Position numbers and translations under genes: made by a program. Shown here piece after piece: positions 9,684-19,341 of a stretch of 64,000 bases of DNA (positions are counted from its first letter, which is position 1; every line of letters begins with the position of its first letter). The notes under the pieces are model-generated. The model was not told the DNA's origin. It ran no database searches and saw only the letters and a list, made by a program, of their open reading frames with translations. Origin of the DNA: a virus. The stretch is taken from the IMG/VR virus record IMGVR_UViG_3300042446_001683, one strand, 5' to 3'.

Positions 9684-10154
9684 ATGAAAACAAAATTCCA
9701 ATCAACAAAAATATTTGATGGGTTTAGTACTGTATTTCGTCAATGGAGAGCAGATGGAACACACTGTCAATTTCTACATGGTTATGGTATTTCATTTAAA
9801 ATTACATTTGAAGGTGAATTAGATGAGAGAAATTGGGTATGGGACTTTGGTGGTATGAAAAGAGCTAAAGGTACTATTGATGGTATGAATCCTAAAGCAT
9901 GGATGGATCATATGTTTGATCATACTGTAATTATGGCTGAAGATGACCCTTATTTAGAATTATTTGAAGACATGGATAAAAATAAACTTATCCAATTAAG
10001 AGTAATACCAGCTACAGGAGCAGAACAGTTTGCTAAATACATTTACGATAAAGTAAATAAATTTGTATTAGAAGAAACAAATAATAGAGTACGTGTTGTT
10101 CAAGTAGAATTCAAAGAGCATAATAAAAACTCAGCTATCTATGGAGAAATATAA
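9684..10154 (+). CDS. queD: 6-carboxy-5,6,7,8-tetrahydropterin synthase
   Basis: HCQFLHGY, WVWDFG, FDH, TGAE; alternative start at 9672. Confidence 0.88.
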   Translation: MKTKFQSTKIFDGFSTVFRQWRADGTHCQFLHGYGISFKITFEGELDERNWVWDFGGMKRAKGTIDGMNPKAWMDHMFDHTVIMAEDDPYLELFEDMDKNKLIQLRVIPATGAEQFAKYIYDKVNKFVLEETNNRVRVVQVEFKEHNKNSAIYGEI

Positions 10155-10662
10155 TATGGAAACTCCGTATTTAATAAAACAACCTATTTTTAAAGATAAT
10201 AGAGGATTATTTACCCCAATTGAATTAAATGATAATTGGACTCAATCTAATGTTATTGTTAATAATAGTATTTATACTTTTAGAGGAATGCATCTACAAT
10301 CTTCTCCTAAACAACAAAGTAAATTATTATTTGTAATCCAAGGTAGGATAGTAGATATAATTATTGACCTTAGAAAAGATAGTGAGACTTATAAAAAAGT
10401 AGATTCATTTGTTCTAGAAGAAGGAGATGGATTATATGTTCCTAAAGGATATGCTCATGGGTTTTTAACTTTAACTCCTAATTCTATAGTTAATTATTTA
10501 GTAGATGAAGAATACTCACCTAAAAATGAAATAAATATATTATGGTCCTCAATACCAGAAGTTAAGTCTATTATAGATAGATTTTGCTTCAATAATATAG
10601 ATAATGATGTTGTTTTTAGTGATAAAGATAAACAAGGAATCAATTTAAACGAAATATTATGA
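10141..10662 (+). CDS. rfbC: dTDP-4-dehydrorhamnose 3,5-epimerase-like cupin
   Basis: FKDNRGLF, RGMHLQ, DLRKDS, VPKGYAHGF. Confidence 0.85.
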   Translation: MEKYNMETPYLIKQPIFKDNRGLFTPIELNDNWTQSNVIVNNSIYTFRGMHLQSSPKQQSKLLFVIQGRIVDIIIDLRKDSETYKKVDSFVLEEGDGLYVPKGYAHGFLTLTPNSIVNYLVDEEYSPKNEINILWSSIPEVKSIIDRFCFNNIDNDVVFSDKDKQGINLNEIL

Positions 10663-11441
10663 AACCAGGAAGAATAGAAGATTATAATAAAAAATTACCT
10701 ATTGTAGAGTTATACACAGCTGTACAATCTGAAGGTAGTAGAGCTGGGATGCCTACAGTAGTTATTAGAACTACAGGATGTACTCACAGATGTTGGTTTG
10801 GAGATGGTGGATGGTGTGATAGTTGGTATACAAGTATTCATCCTGAAAAAGGAAAATATACGTTTAACGATATTATTGCTATTTATGACAATAACCCATT
10901 CATTAGAGAAATGATGCTAACAGGTGGTTCACCTACAATGCATCCTGACTTAGTAAATGAATTAACCCATTTAGCAGAAAAACGTGGCCTATTTATCACA
11001 ATTGAAACAGAAGGTTCTCATTTCATTGAAACTGACTACCCTATTGGTCTTATATCTCTTAGTCCTAAGTTTAGTAACAGCGTTCCTGCAATTGGGACTA
11101 TTACTCCGCAAGGTAAAGTTGCTGACCAAAAAATGGTGGACCAACATAACAAATTTCGTCTCGATAAAGAAGCGATAAAAAAGACATTAGAATACCATCA
11201 TGACTATCATTTCAAACCTGTTTGTAATCCTATTGAAATGTCTGAAGCATGGACTGAGATTGAAGCGTTTAGAGTTGAAATGGATATTCCAAAACGTAAG
11301 ACTTGGTTAATGCCTCCTGGTGATACAAGAGATGAATTAATTCGAGTATATCCTATGGTGATGGACTTTTGTAGAGATAATGGTTATAATTTTACAGGTA
11401 GAGAACATATTATAGCATTTGACACTAAAAGAGAAGTATAA
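10659..11441 (+). CDS. queE: 7-carboxy-7-deazaguanine synthase (radical SAM)
   Basis: QSEG, RTTGCTHRC...WCDS, LTGGSP, IETEG, SLSPK. Confidence 0.88.
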   Translation: MKPGRIEDYNKKLPIVELYTAVQSEGSRAGMPTVVIRTTGCTHRCWFGDGGWCDSWYTSIHPEKGKYTFNDIIAIYDNNPFIREMMLTGGSPTMHPDLVNELTHLAEKRGLFITIETEGSHFIETDYPIGLISLSPKFSNSVPAIGTITPQGKVADQKMVDQHNKFRLDKEAIKKTLEYHHDYHFKPVCNPIEMSEAWTEIEAFRVEMDIPKRKTWLMPPGDTRDELIRVYPMVMDFCRDNGYNFTGREHIIAFDTKREV

Positions 11442-11716
11442 TGGATAAAAAATTATTAACTGAAGCATTAAAAACAAAAAATACTGTTACATTCTTCTAC
11501 GCTGATTGGTGTGGAGGATGTAAAGTAGCTAATCCTATGGTTCAAGAAATCGCTGAAAAACTTGGATTTGAAATTATTAATATTAATGAAAATGAGGAAT
11601 TAGAAACAGCGTTTGCTATAGATTATTACCCTCACGTAATATTATCCAACAAAGGAAAAATTAAACATTACCCAGGGTTACATTCAATAAAAGAGTTACA
11701 TGAAAGTATTATTTGA
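11441..11716 (+). CDS. Thioredoxin-like protein
   Basis: FYADWCGGC, YYP. Confidence 0.85.
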   Translation: MDKKLLTEALKTKNTVTFFYADWCGGCKVANPMVQEIAEKLGFEIININENEELETAFAIDYYPHVILSNKGKIKHYPGLHSIKELHESII

Positions 11717-12209
11717 AAATGAAGTCATCGAGGCAAGAATTGATTTCTTAGCTACACAAATTTTAAATCGCCATAAATCAGAAAAAATTCCTATTGTTTT
11801 AGTATGTGTACTAAATGGTGGATTTGTTTTCTATTCTAAACTAGCTGAAAAATTATCTTCACTAGACCCAGAATGTGATTTTGTAAAAGTAAGGTCATAT
11901 GAAGGTAGAGAACGAGGCGATTTAAATATGATACTAGACAAATCAGTAGATGTCACTAATAAACATGTTTATATTGTAGATGACATCTACGACTCAGGAA
12001 TAACAATGAATGCATTAGCAAATCATTTTTATCAATTTGACCCAGCAAGCGTCCAAATAGTTACTCTGATTAAGCGTTACATCAATGAAGTAAATATACC
12101 TGTAGGTTCACTTTATGGATTTGAAATTACAGATGAATGGGTTGTTGGATTTGGAATGGATGATGATTTAGGTAAAAAGAGAAGTTTGCCATATATTTTG
12201 GCTATCTAG
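11700..12209 (+). CDS. hpt: Hypoxanthine/guanine phosphoribosyltransferase-like
   Basis: VLNGG, RSY loop, PRPP motif VYIVDDIYDSGIT, VVGFGMD. Confidence 0.88.
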   Translation: MKVLFENEVIEARIDFLATQILNRHKSEKIPIVLVCVLNGGFVFYSKLAEKLSSLDPECDFVKVRSYEGRERGDLNMILDKSVDVTNKHVYIVDDIYDSGITMNALANHFYQFDPASVQIVTLIKRYINEVNIPVGSLYGFEITDEWVVGFGMDDDLGKKRSLPYILAI

Positions 12210-12228
12210 AAATAAATTAATATATTAG
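12196..12228 (+). promoter_or_regulatory. Bacteroidota-type promoter for folE-mazG-polB
   Basis: tttggc-N-tatattag with conserved spacing. Confidence 0.6.
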
Positions 12229-12233
12229 GTTAT

Positions 12234-12929
12234 ATGGAAAATAATAGAAGAAAATTTCACAACGATATTGAGTGTGTGAAGACAGGTTTAGCAAATGGTG
12301 CTGCCGCAGATCGTCCATTAACGGATGATGAAAAACAATCAATGATTGAAGAAGCCACAGTACATTTTGGTAATTTCTTATCAGCATTAAAATGTGACTG
12401 GCAAAATGATCCTAACTCAGCAGATACACCTCGCCGTGTAGCTAAAGCATATGTTAATGATTTATGGGCTGGTCGTTATAATGGATTTACTGACATTACT
12501 TCATTCCCATCAGATGGTTATGATGGAGTAATTATTGAACGTAATATCAATTTAACTTCAATGTGTTCACATCATCACCAAACAATTAGAGGTGTAGTTC
12601 ATATTGGTTATATTGCAGGTGCTGAAGGTCGAGTAATCGGTTTATCAAAACTAAATCGCATTGTAGAACATTTTGGTCGTAGAGGAGCTATCCAAGAACA
12701 ATTAACAGCAGCTATTCATCAAGCAGTAAATAAAGTTTGTGAAGAGAACTTAGGTGTTATTGTAACTGTAGTTGCTACTCACAATTGTGTTAGTTGTAGA
12801 GGTATTAAACATCAAGGTGCAGCAATGGTCACTACTAAAGCATCAGGTGTGTTTATGGAAAACGATAATTTAGCACGTAAAGAATTTTTTGATTCACTTA
12901 AAATAAATAATGGTCATGTCTCAATCTAA
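12234..12929 (+). CDS. folE: GTP cyclohydrolase I
   Basis: TPRRVAKAY, SMCSHH, GLSKLNR, IQEQLT, HNCVSCRG. Confidence 0.95.
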   Translation: MENNRRKFHNDIECVKTGLANGAAADRPLTDDEKQSMIEEATVHFGNFLSALKCDWQNDPNSADTPRRVAKAYVNDLWAGRYNGFTDITSFPSDGYDGVIIERNINLTSMCSHHHQTIRGVVHIGYIAGAEGRVIGLSKLNRIVEHFGRRGAIQEQLTAAIHQAVNKVCEENLGVIVTVVATHNCVSCRGIKHQGAAMVTTKASGVFMENDNLARKEFFDSLKINNGHVSI

Positions 12930-13404
12930 AGAAAATTATGTTCCATTTGTTAGCGAGGTAGAGGAATTTAACGCTACAATGGGTAAACCAAATAATTATG
13001 AACCTACTATTCCACCTAAAGATGAGTGGATGTTTGTTTATAATTTTATTCTAGAGGAACTAGAAGAATATAAAGACGCTTGTGAAACAGGAAATGTTGT
13101 AGAAGTATTAGATGCACTTTGTGATATTACTTATGTGTCACTAGGTAATGGAGCTATGCTTCATGGTCTAAAAGATCAAATTTTACCTGCATATGCTGAG
13201 GTTCAAGCTTCAAATATGAGTAAAGTTTGTAAAACAGAAGAGGAAGCTAACTTTACAGTTCGTGTTCGAGAACAAGAACAAGGTGAAAAATGCCACTATG
13301 AAAAACAAGGTGATTATTATATAGTGTATCGTTCTCGAGACCGTAAAGTAATGAAGTCAATAAACTATTTTAGACCGAATCTTAAACAGTTTTTAGATAA
13401 ATAA
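12916..13404 (+). CDS. MazG-like (all-alpha) nucleoside triphosphate pyrophosphohydrolase
   Basis: EELEE...DALCDITY...SNMSK...KVMK. Confidence 0.85.
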   Translation: MSQSKENYVPFVSEVEEFNATMGKPNNYEPTIPPKDEWMFVYNFILEELEEYKDACETGNVVEVLDALCDITYVSLGNGAMLHGLKDQILPAYAEVQASNMSKVCKTEEEANFTVRVREQEQGEKCHYEKQGDYYIVYRSRDRKVMKSINYFRPNLKQFLDK

Positions 13405-15987
13405 ATGTATCAAGCAATATACTACGACTTTCAAACCTACACCTACCATTTACGAGACGATAAGCAAGGCTGGATGGATTTCCAATTCCAGCCTACTTAC
13501 TGGAAAAGAGTAAATGAATGGCAAGATGGAGCTAAACCTGTATTAACAGGTGGATGGGCTATACCTACTAAAAAATTAGACAAAAACGATCCTGATTTAT
13601 TAGAAAAAGATATTGATAAGTCATTGTATGTGTTACGAGAATTATATTACAAATTTGATGATGTAGTTCCTTCTTGGCATAACATAGTTTATATAGATAT
13701 CGAGATTGAAATGGGAGGTGCATTAACACCTGAGTATATTAGGTCCGCTCCTATGCCTTTAACATCTATAGCTTTAATAGACATGACTACTAAACAGAAG
13801 ATATGTTTTATTGTTGATAAGTCAAAACAAATACCTGAAACGAATCAGGATGGTAAAATAATTATACCTTGTGGTTCAGAACGAGAGTTAATAGGTAAGT
13901 TTTTATCCAAGTATGAAGAGTTAGATCCCACCATATTAGTCGGCTATAACTCGGCATACTTCGACTTACCATACTTATACTACCGAATGTCACAAGTTGT
14001 AGGTGCAGACGAGGTAAGCCGTTTATCTCCGATAGGTAGAGTTGAAGCACGTGATTTTAATGGTGAAAACCAAGTTAAAATTGGAGGTGTGAATCATTTA
14101 GACTATATGTTACTTCATAAGAAGTACATTATGAAAGAGGAACCATCATATAAATTAGGTGACATTGGAACCAAATATGTTGGGTTAGGTAAAATTGAAT
14201 ATGAAGGCAATTTGAATACATTGTTTAAAAATGATTTAAATACTTTTATTGATTATAACTTACGAGACGTTGAGATTCTAGAAAAACTAGAAGATAAATT
14301 AAAGTTTATTGAATTAACAGTTATGATCTCTCATATCTGTAATATACCTTATGAGTCAGTCTATTATAACACTGTAATGAATGAAGGTGCTATATTAAAG
14401 CATTTGAGACGTGAAGGTATTATTTCACCTAATAAACCAACAACTCATAATCTGTCTCGTAAAGTAGCCAACTCAACATATGCTGGTGGTTACTTATTAG
14501 AACCAATACCAGGTCTATACTTTGATGTAATTGACTTAGACTTTACTTCACTATATCCTTCAATCATTAAATCACTTAATTTAGGAATTGAAACATTAGT
14601 AGGTAGAATTGTTACTTTAAATCCTACCTATGAACAAAATCATAGTTTAGAAAAACTTAAAGAACGAGATCCTAATGAAGTAGTAACAGTTGAAAAACTA
14701 AATAAAAAGAACTACACATTACAAGCAGCTCAAATATCAATTGGTAAGTTAATTAAACTAATTGAAGATAATGAGTTCACACTATCAGCTTCAGGCGCTA
14801 TGTTTAGAACTGATGAACAAAGTGTAGTTGCTAAAATTTTAGAAGGCTGGTTTGATAAACGAGAACATTATAGAGGTTTAAAGAAAACAGCGGGTAAATC
14901 TGAAGACTGGGTTAACTATAAATTATATGATTTGTTTCAACACTCATTTAAGATCTTACAAAACGCTATGTATGGTACATTTGCTAAGAATGGATGGAGA
15001 TATACAGATGGACATTTAATTTGTAGTGCTGCTATTACTAACAGTGGTCAAAGATTAACTCAAGAAAGTATTATATTTGCTAATGATAAACTAAACACTG
15101 AATTAAAATCAGATAAACAATTTATTTGTATTAGTGATACTGACTCTATGTATATTGAATTAGGTGATTTATTAAAACATAGATACCCTGACTCAACACC
15201 TGACCAGAAAGATGAATTAATATTAAAAATGGCTACTGAAATTCAAGATGAGTCAAATTACTACTTGAATGAATTATGTAAGAAAGTATTTAATATTAAT
15301 CCTAAAAAACATTATTTTCAATTAAAACAAGAGGTAATTGCTAAAGGTATCTTAGTTACAGGTAAGAGAAGATATGCAATGTATATTACTAACAAGGAAG
15401 GTGTTGCTGTTGAAGAGTTAGACATGAAAGGACTTGAATTAATGAAGTCTAACATGAATAAACGATTTAAAGGATTTGGTGAACAATTTATTAAAGATAT
15501 TTTATTTGGTAAAGCCAAAACAGAAATAGACCAGACAATAATTGACTTCTATAAATTAGTTAAGACACTAGATCCTCGAGAATTAGGTAAACCAACAGGT
15601 GTAAAACAAATAGCATCATATAGGAACGCTCCTAGAGCAGGTGAAATGTTTAGTACATTCAGATTAAAAGCACCTAGTAATACTAAGGCAGCTGTTCGTT
15701 ATAATGACTTATTAAAGTTTAAACGTTTAGATAAACAATACGAATCAGTAGTAGAAGGTGATAAAATATTCATTATTAACTTAAAAGCTAATCCTTATAA
15801 GTTAGATACAATAGGATTACCAAATGCTAAAGTACCTGATGAGATTGAAAAGTTTGTTAAGACATATATTGATGTAGATGAAATTTTTGAATCACTACTA
15901 TTAAACAAATTAAAGGAACTTTACAAGGACTTAAAATGGGATTTTCCACCTTTGAATGCAAATGTTAATAAATTCTTTGCCTTCTAA
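13405..15987 (+). CDS. polB: Family B DNA polymerase
   Basis: Exo DIEIE, YNSAYFD and YNLRD; Pol DFTSLYPS, KILQNAMYG, DTDS, KRRY. Confidence 0.95.
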   Translation: MYQAIYYDFQTYTYHLRDDKQGWMDFQFQPTYWKRVNEWQDGAKPVLTGGWAIPTKKLDKNDPDLLEKDIDKSLYVLRELYYKFDDVVPSWHNIVYIDIEIEMGGALTPEYIRSAPMPLTSIALIDMTTKQKICFIVDKSKQIPETNQDGKIIIPCGSERELIGKFLSKYEELDPTILVGYNSAYFDLPYLYYRMSQVVGADEVSRLSPIGRVEARDFNGENQVKIGGVNHLDYMLLHKKYIMKEEPSYKLGDIGTKYVGLGKIEYEGNLNTLFKNDLNTFIDYNLRDVEILEKLEDKLKFIELTVMISHICNIPYESVYYNTVMNEGAILKHLRREGIISPNKPTTHNLSRKVANSTYAGGYLLEPIPGLYFDVIDLDFTSLYPSIIKSLNLGIETLVGRIVTLNPTYEQNHSLEKLKERDPNEVVTVEKLNKKNYTLQAAQISIGKLIKLIEDNEFTLSASGAMFRTDEQSVVAKILEGWFDKREHYRGLKKTAGKSEDWVNYKLYDLFQHSFKILQNAMYGTFAKNGWRYTDGHLICSAAITNSGQRLTQESIIFANDKLNTELKSDKQFICISDTDSMYIELGDLLKHRYPDSTPDQKDELILKMATEIQDESNYYLNELCKKVFNINPKKHYFQLKQEVIAKGILVTGKRRYAMYITNKEGVAVEELDMKGLELMKSNMNKRFKGFGEQFIKDILFGKAKTEIDQTIIDFYKLVKTLDPRELGKPTGVKQIASYRNAPRAGEMFSTFRLKAPSNTKAAVRYNDLLKFKRLDKQYESVVEGDKIFIINLKANPYKLDTIGLPNAKVPDEIEKFVKTYIDVDEIFESLLLNKLKELYKDLKWDFPPLNANVNKFFAF

Positions 15988-16010
15988 AAAATCTTTATTA
16001 TATTACAAAT

Positions 16011-16736
16011 ATGATATCAAAATTACAACTACAAGCAATTATTGAAAAGTACCATTTAAATGGTCAAATTGAAAATGTTAAATGGGAAATAGACGCTGAT
16101 GGAAAGCTAACTATTAACTTTACAGCTCCTACTCGTGAGATGTTAGGAACAGTAACTTATAATGGTTTTCCATTACCTGAATCTGAAATTGGAATTAATA
16201 ACACTACACAACTAGATAAATTATTATCTATTACAGGTGGTGATTTAGATCTTGGTTATGCTAAAGAAGGTAGAATAATATCTAAATTATTAATAGCAGA
16301 TAATCAGTTCAATCTAGATTATGCCTTAGCTGACTTATTAACCATTCCTAAAACAGGTAAATATAATGGTTCTGAGGATCATGAGATTCAAGTACCAATT
16401 GATGATGAAGTAATAACCGCGTTAGTTAAAGCTAAAAACGCGTTAACAAATAGTGATAATGTTGTTGTTAAGTTAGGTTTAAACGGTTTAGAGTTCACTT
16501 TCGGAGGCGATGTTGAATATGCTAATAAAGTTACTTATTCCATTCAAAATCCAACAATAAATGTACCTTCAACATTTAATTTAGTATATGGTTCTGATCT
16601 GTTAAAGGAAATATTAGTTGCTAATAAAGGTTCTGAGTCTGGTATTTTGTATATAAATTCAAATGGTTTAATGAAACTAACATTCTCTCACAAAGAATTA
16701 CAAAGTACTTACTATATTGTTGCAAAAGAACAATAA
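16011..16736 (+). CDS. Sliding clamp (gp45-like)
   Basis: Beta-rich 241 aa next to polB; GLMKLTF...STYYIV C-terminus; clamp loader nearby. Confidence 0.65.
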   Translation: MISKLQLQAIIEKYHLNGQIENVKWEIDADGKLTINFTAPTREMLGTVTYNGFPLPESEIGINNTTQLDKLLSITGGDLDLGYAKEGRIISKLLIADNQFNLDYALADLLTIPKTGKYNGSEDHEIQVPIDDEVITALVKAKNALTNSDNVVVKLGLNGLEFTFGGDVEYANKVTYSIQNPTINVPSTFNLVYGSDLLKEILVANKGSESGILYINSNGLMKLTFSHKELQSTYYIVAKEQ

Positions 16737-16742
16737 TTCAAC

Positions 16743-16788
16743 ATATTTATAATAAAGCTTGGCTACCCAAGCAAAAAATGTTATATTA
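16743..16788 (+). promoter_or_regulatory. Tandem putative late (ATATTTATA) and early-type (CTTGG..TATATTA, with hairpin gcttgg/ccaagc) promoters for the groES/EL unit
   Basis: Both motifs lie in the intergenic region. Confidence 0.5.
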
Positions 16789-16804
16789 CAATAAAATAAA
16801 AGTT

Positions 16805-17119
16805 ATGGAAAAAAACGATTTATCGTCAGTTACACTGATCAAAGATCCGTCAATCGAACCGTATTTCATCGGTCGCGACGCAAACAGCTACACAATTTAT
16901 GAAACTGTCTACCCAGGTACAAATACTAAGGGAAGAGGTCGCAAAACACGGACTAAAGAAGCAGTCAAAGCCGTTTCATTCCATACTAACTTTGGCTCAG
17001 CATTAAGTTCAATTGCTAAGTTAAAAGTAGAAAAACGTCAAGTATATGATACTATTCATGAGTATATTACTGAATGGAGACGAGTAAAAGAAGAAATCAA
17101 TCAAATAGTTAATTTTTAA
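16805..17119 (+). CDS. Hypothetical protein
   Basis: Start re-assigned downstream of the promoter (MEKNDL...). Confidence 0.7.
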   Translation: MEKNDLSSVTLIKDPSIEPYFIGRDANSYTIYETVYPGTNTKGRGRKTRTKEAVKAVSFHTNFGSALSSIAKLKVEKRQVYDTIHEYITEWRRVKEEINQIVNF

Positions 17120-17120
17120 T

Positions 17121-17423
17121 ATGAAACAGTTACAAGCAACGTTTAACGCGGTTATCATTAAACCTCGTGAAGAAGAAGAAGGAATGTTCGGTTCTATCAT
17201 TGTACCCGATATGGGTAAAGAAAAAGCGCTTATTGGTACAATCGTATCTGTAGGCCCAGGTCAATCATCATACTCAGGAGCATTTATTCCTACAGTATTA
17301 GAAGTAGGAATGGAAGTAATGTTACCAAGTATGGGTCCAAACAAAATTGAATTGGAAGGACAAGAGTATTGGGTATGCCCTGAAAATCAAGTATTAGCAA
17401 TCATTAAAACAACAGAACAATAA
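17121..17423 (+). CDS. groES: Co-chaperonin GroES
   Basis: GSIIVPD mobile loop, VSVGPG, VLAII; directly upstream of groEL. Confidence 0.9.
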   Translation: MKQLQATFNAVIIKPREEEEGMFGSIIVPDMGKEKALIGTIVSVGPGQSSYSGAFIPTVLEVGMEVMLPSMGPNKIELEGQEYWVCPENQVLAIIKTTEQ

Positions 17424-17424
17424 T

Positions 17425-19041
17425 ATGAGTAAAATTATCGAATTCGGTCCTGAAGCAAGGAAAAAACTCGTAACTGGTATTGACAAACTAGCAAACGCAG
17501 TTACGTCTACATTAGGTCCAAATGGTCGTAATGTGGTTATCGCAAATCAAAATGGTTACCCTCAATCAACAAAAGATGGTGTAACTGTAGCTAAAAACAT
17601 TTCACTTGAAGATCCAATTGAAGAATTGGGTGTACAACTTGTAAAACAAGCAGCTATTAAGACAGCTGAAGGAGCAGGTGATGGTACAACTACATCTACA
17701 TTGTTGGCTCAAGAAATGGTTAAAGCCGGTTTAATGCACTTAAACAATGGAGTAAATGCAGTATCTATCAAGCGTGATATTGATGCCGCAGTTAAAGATG
17801 TAGTTGCAGAATTACGCAAAGGTATTTCACAAGACATTAGCTCTGAAGATCAATTGAAACAAGTAGCTACTATTTCAGGTAATAATGATCCTGAAGTAGG
17901 AGAGTTGATTGCAACAGCAATGAATAAAGTAGGTCGTGAAGGAGTAGTTTACATTGAAGAATCTAAATCAGGTGAAACATATCTTGAAACAGTAGAAGGT
18001 ATGCAATTTGATCGTGGTTACAAATCTCATTACTTTGTTACAGATAACAATACAATGAGTTGTACACTTGAGAATGCTATGATTTTGATTGCGGATAAGA
18101 AATTTACTTCAATTAAAGAATTATTACCACTATTAGAAAGTGTATCTTCACAAGGTAAATCATTACTTATTATTGCAGAAGACATTGATGGTGAAGCATT
18201 AGCTACACTTATTGTTAATAAAATGAGAGGCACAATTAAAGTAGCAGCAGTTAAAGCTCCTGACTTTGGTGATCGTAGAAAACTTATTTTAGATGATATT
18301 GCAATTTTAACAGGAGGTGAGGTATTTAGTACTGATAAGGGTATGAAATTAGATCGTTTTGATTCAAAATGGTTTGGTGAAGCCCGATTAGTTACAATTA
18401 CAAAAGATGAAACAACAATCGTTGACGGAAGAGGAGAATCTGAACGAATACAAGCACGTATTGAAGAGTTACAGCTCCAAATCGAAAAAGCAAAAACACC
18501 TTTCGAACAAGAAAAACTACAAGAAAGACTCGCGAAATTTGTCGGAGGAGTAGCTATTGTTCATGTAGGTGGAAATACAGAAACTGAGGTCAAAGAAAAG
18601 AAAGACCGAGTTGATGATGCGCTTCAAGCAACTAAAGCCGCAATTGAAGAAGGTATTGTTCCTGGAGGTGGTGCTGCTTTATTATATGCTCGTGAAGCAA
18701 TTAAGAATCGCAAATCAGTAGGTGGAGCAATTGTCTATACAGCATGTGGTGCTCCATTTATGAAAATTCTTACTAACGCTGGTTCTACAGAACAAGAGGC
18801 TTATTATTTGATTAATAAGTTAGGTGGTAGTGATAACTGGAAAGGATATAATCTATTAACTGAGAAATTCGTTAACATGAAAGACGCGGGTATTATTGAT
18901 CCAACTAAAGTTACTCGTACTGCAATTGAGAACGCAGCATCAGTAGCTGGAACAATTCTGTTAACAGAATGTACTGTCGTAGATAAGCCTGAAGATAAAA
19001 AACAGGATGATATGATGGGTGGAATGGGAGGTATGTTCTAA
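17425..19041 (+). CDS. groEL: Chaperonin GroEL
   Basis: TLGPNGRNV, GDGTTT, EGMQFDRGY, KAPDFGDRRK, GIIDPTKV, GGM tail. Confidence 0.97.
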   Translation: MSKIIEFGPEARKKLVTGIDKLANAVTSTLGPNGRNVVIANQNGYPQSTKDGVTVAKNISLEDPIEELGVQLVKQAAIKTAEGAGDGTTTSTLLAQEMVKAGLMHLNNGVNAVSIKRDIDAAVKDVVAELRKGISQDISSEDQLKQVATISGNNDPEVGELIATAMNKVGREGVVYIEESKSGETYLETVEGMQFDRGYKSHYFVTDNNTMSCTLENAMILIADKKFTSIKELLPLLESVSSQGKSLLIIAEDIDGEALATLIVNKMRGTIKVAAVKAPDFGDRRKLILDDIAILTGGEVFSTDKGMKLDRFDSKWFGEARLVTITKDETTIVDGRGESERIQARIEELQLQIEKAKTPFEQEKLQERLAKFVGGVAIVHVGGNTETEVKEKKDRVDDALQATKAAIEEGIVPGGGAALLYAREAIKNRKSVGGAIVYTACGAPFMKILTNAGSTEQEAYYLINKLGGSDNWKGYNLLTEKFVNMKDAGIIDPTKVTRTAIENAASVAGTILLTECTVVDKPEDKKQDDMMGGMGGMF

Positions 19042-19313
19042 TGGCTACCGAAGTCAAAGAAGAATTAAAATTGATCGCTGAGCGATACCCACCGGGAGAC
19101 CAGTGGGTATTGTTAAGTGATCCTAATCATGTGTATAAATCATTAACAGAAGCATTAGAAGGTTATTTTGAAGAAGCTGGAGGACTATCATGTGATTTTA
19201 GATTGTCACCTATGAAAGGTAAATTATATGCTATTGATAGTGTAGTGGTTGAAAAAGCAACACCACCCCCACCTCCTCCCCCAAAGAAATTTAACATGTA
19301 CGGAGACTATTGA
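19041..19313 (+). CDS. Hypothetical protein with poly-Pro tail
   Basis: Coupled to groEL; RYPPGDQW, PPPPPPP. Confidence 0.7.
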   Translation: MATEVKEELKLIAERYPPGDQWVLLSDPNHVYKSLTEALEGYFEEAGGLSCDFRLSPMKGKLYAIDSVVVEKATPPPPPPPKKFNMYGDY

Positions 19314-19321
19314 TATGTATA
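19313..19321 (+). promoter_or_regulatory. Putative late promoter variant ATATGTATA
   Basis: At the stop of the preceding gene, upstream of two leader-type genes. Confidence 0.4.
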
Positions 19322-19341
19322 ATAAAAATAAAACTAATACT

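Noticed and set aside
2018-15987. Introns or inteins in nrdA, nrdB or polB
   Set aside because: ORFs are continuous and of normal or short length, with no intein terminal or homing-endonuclease motifs seen.
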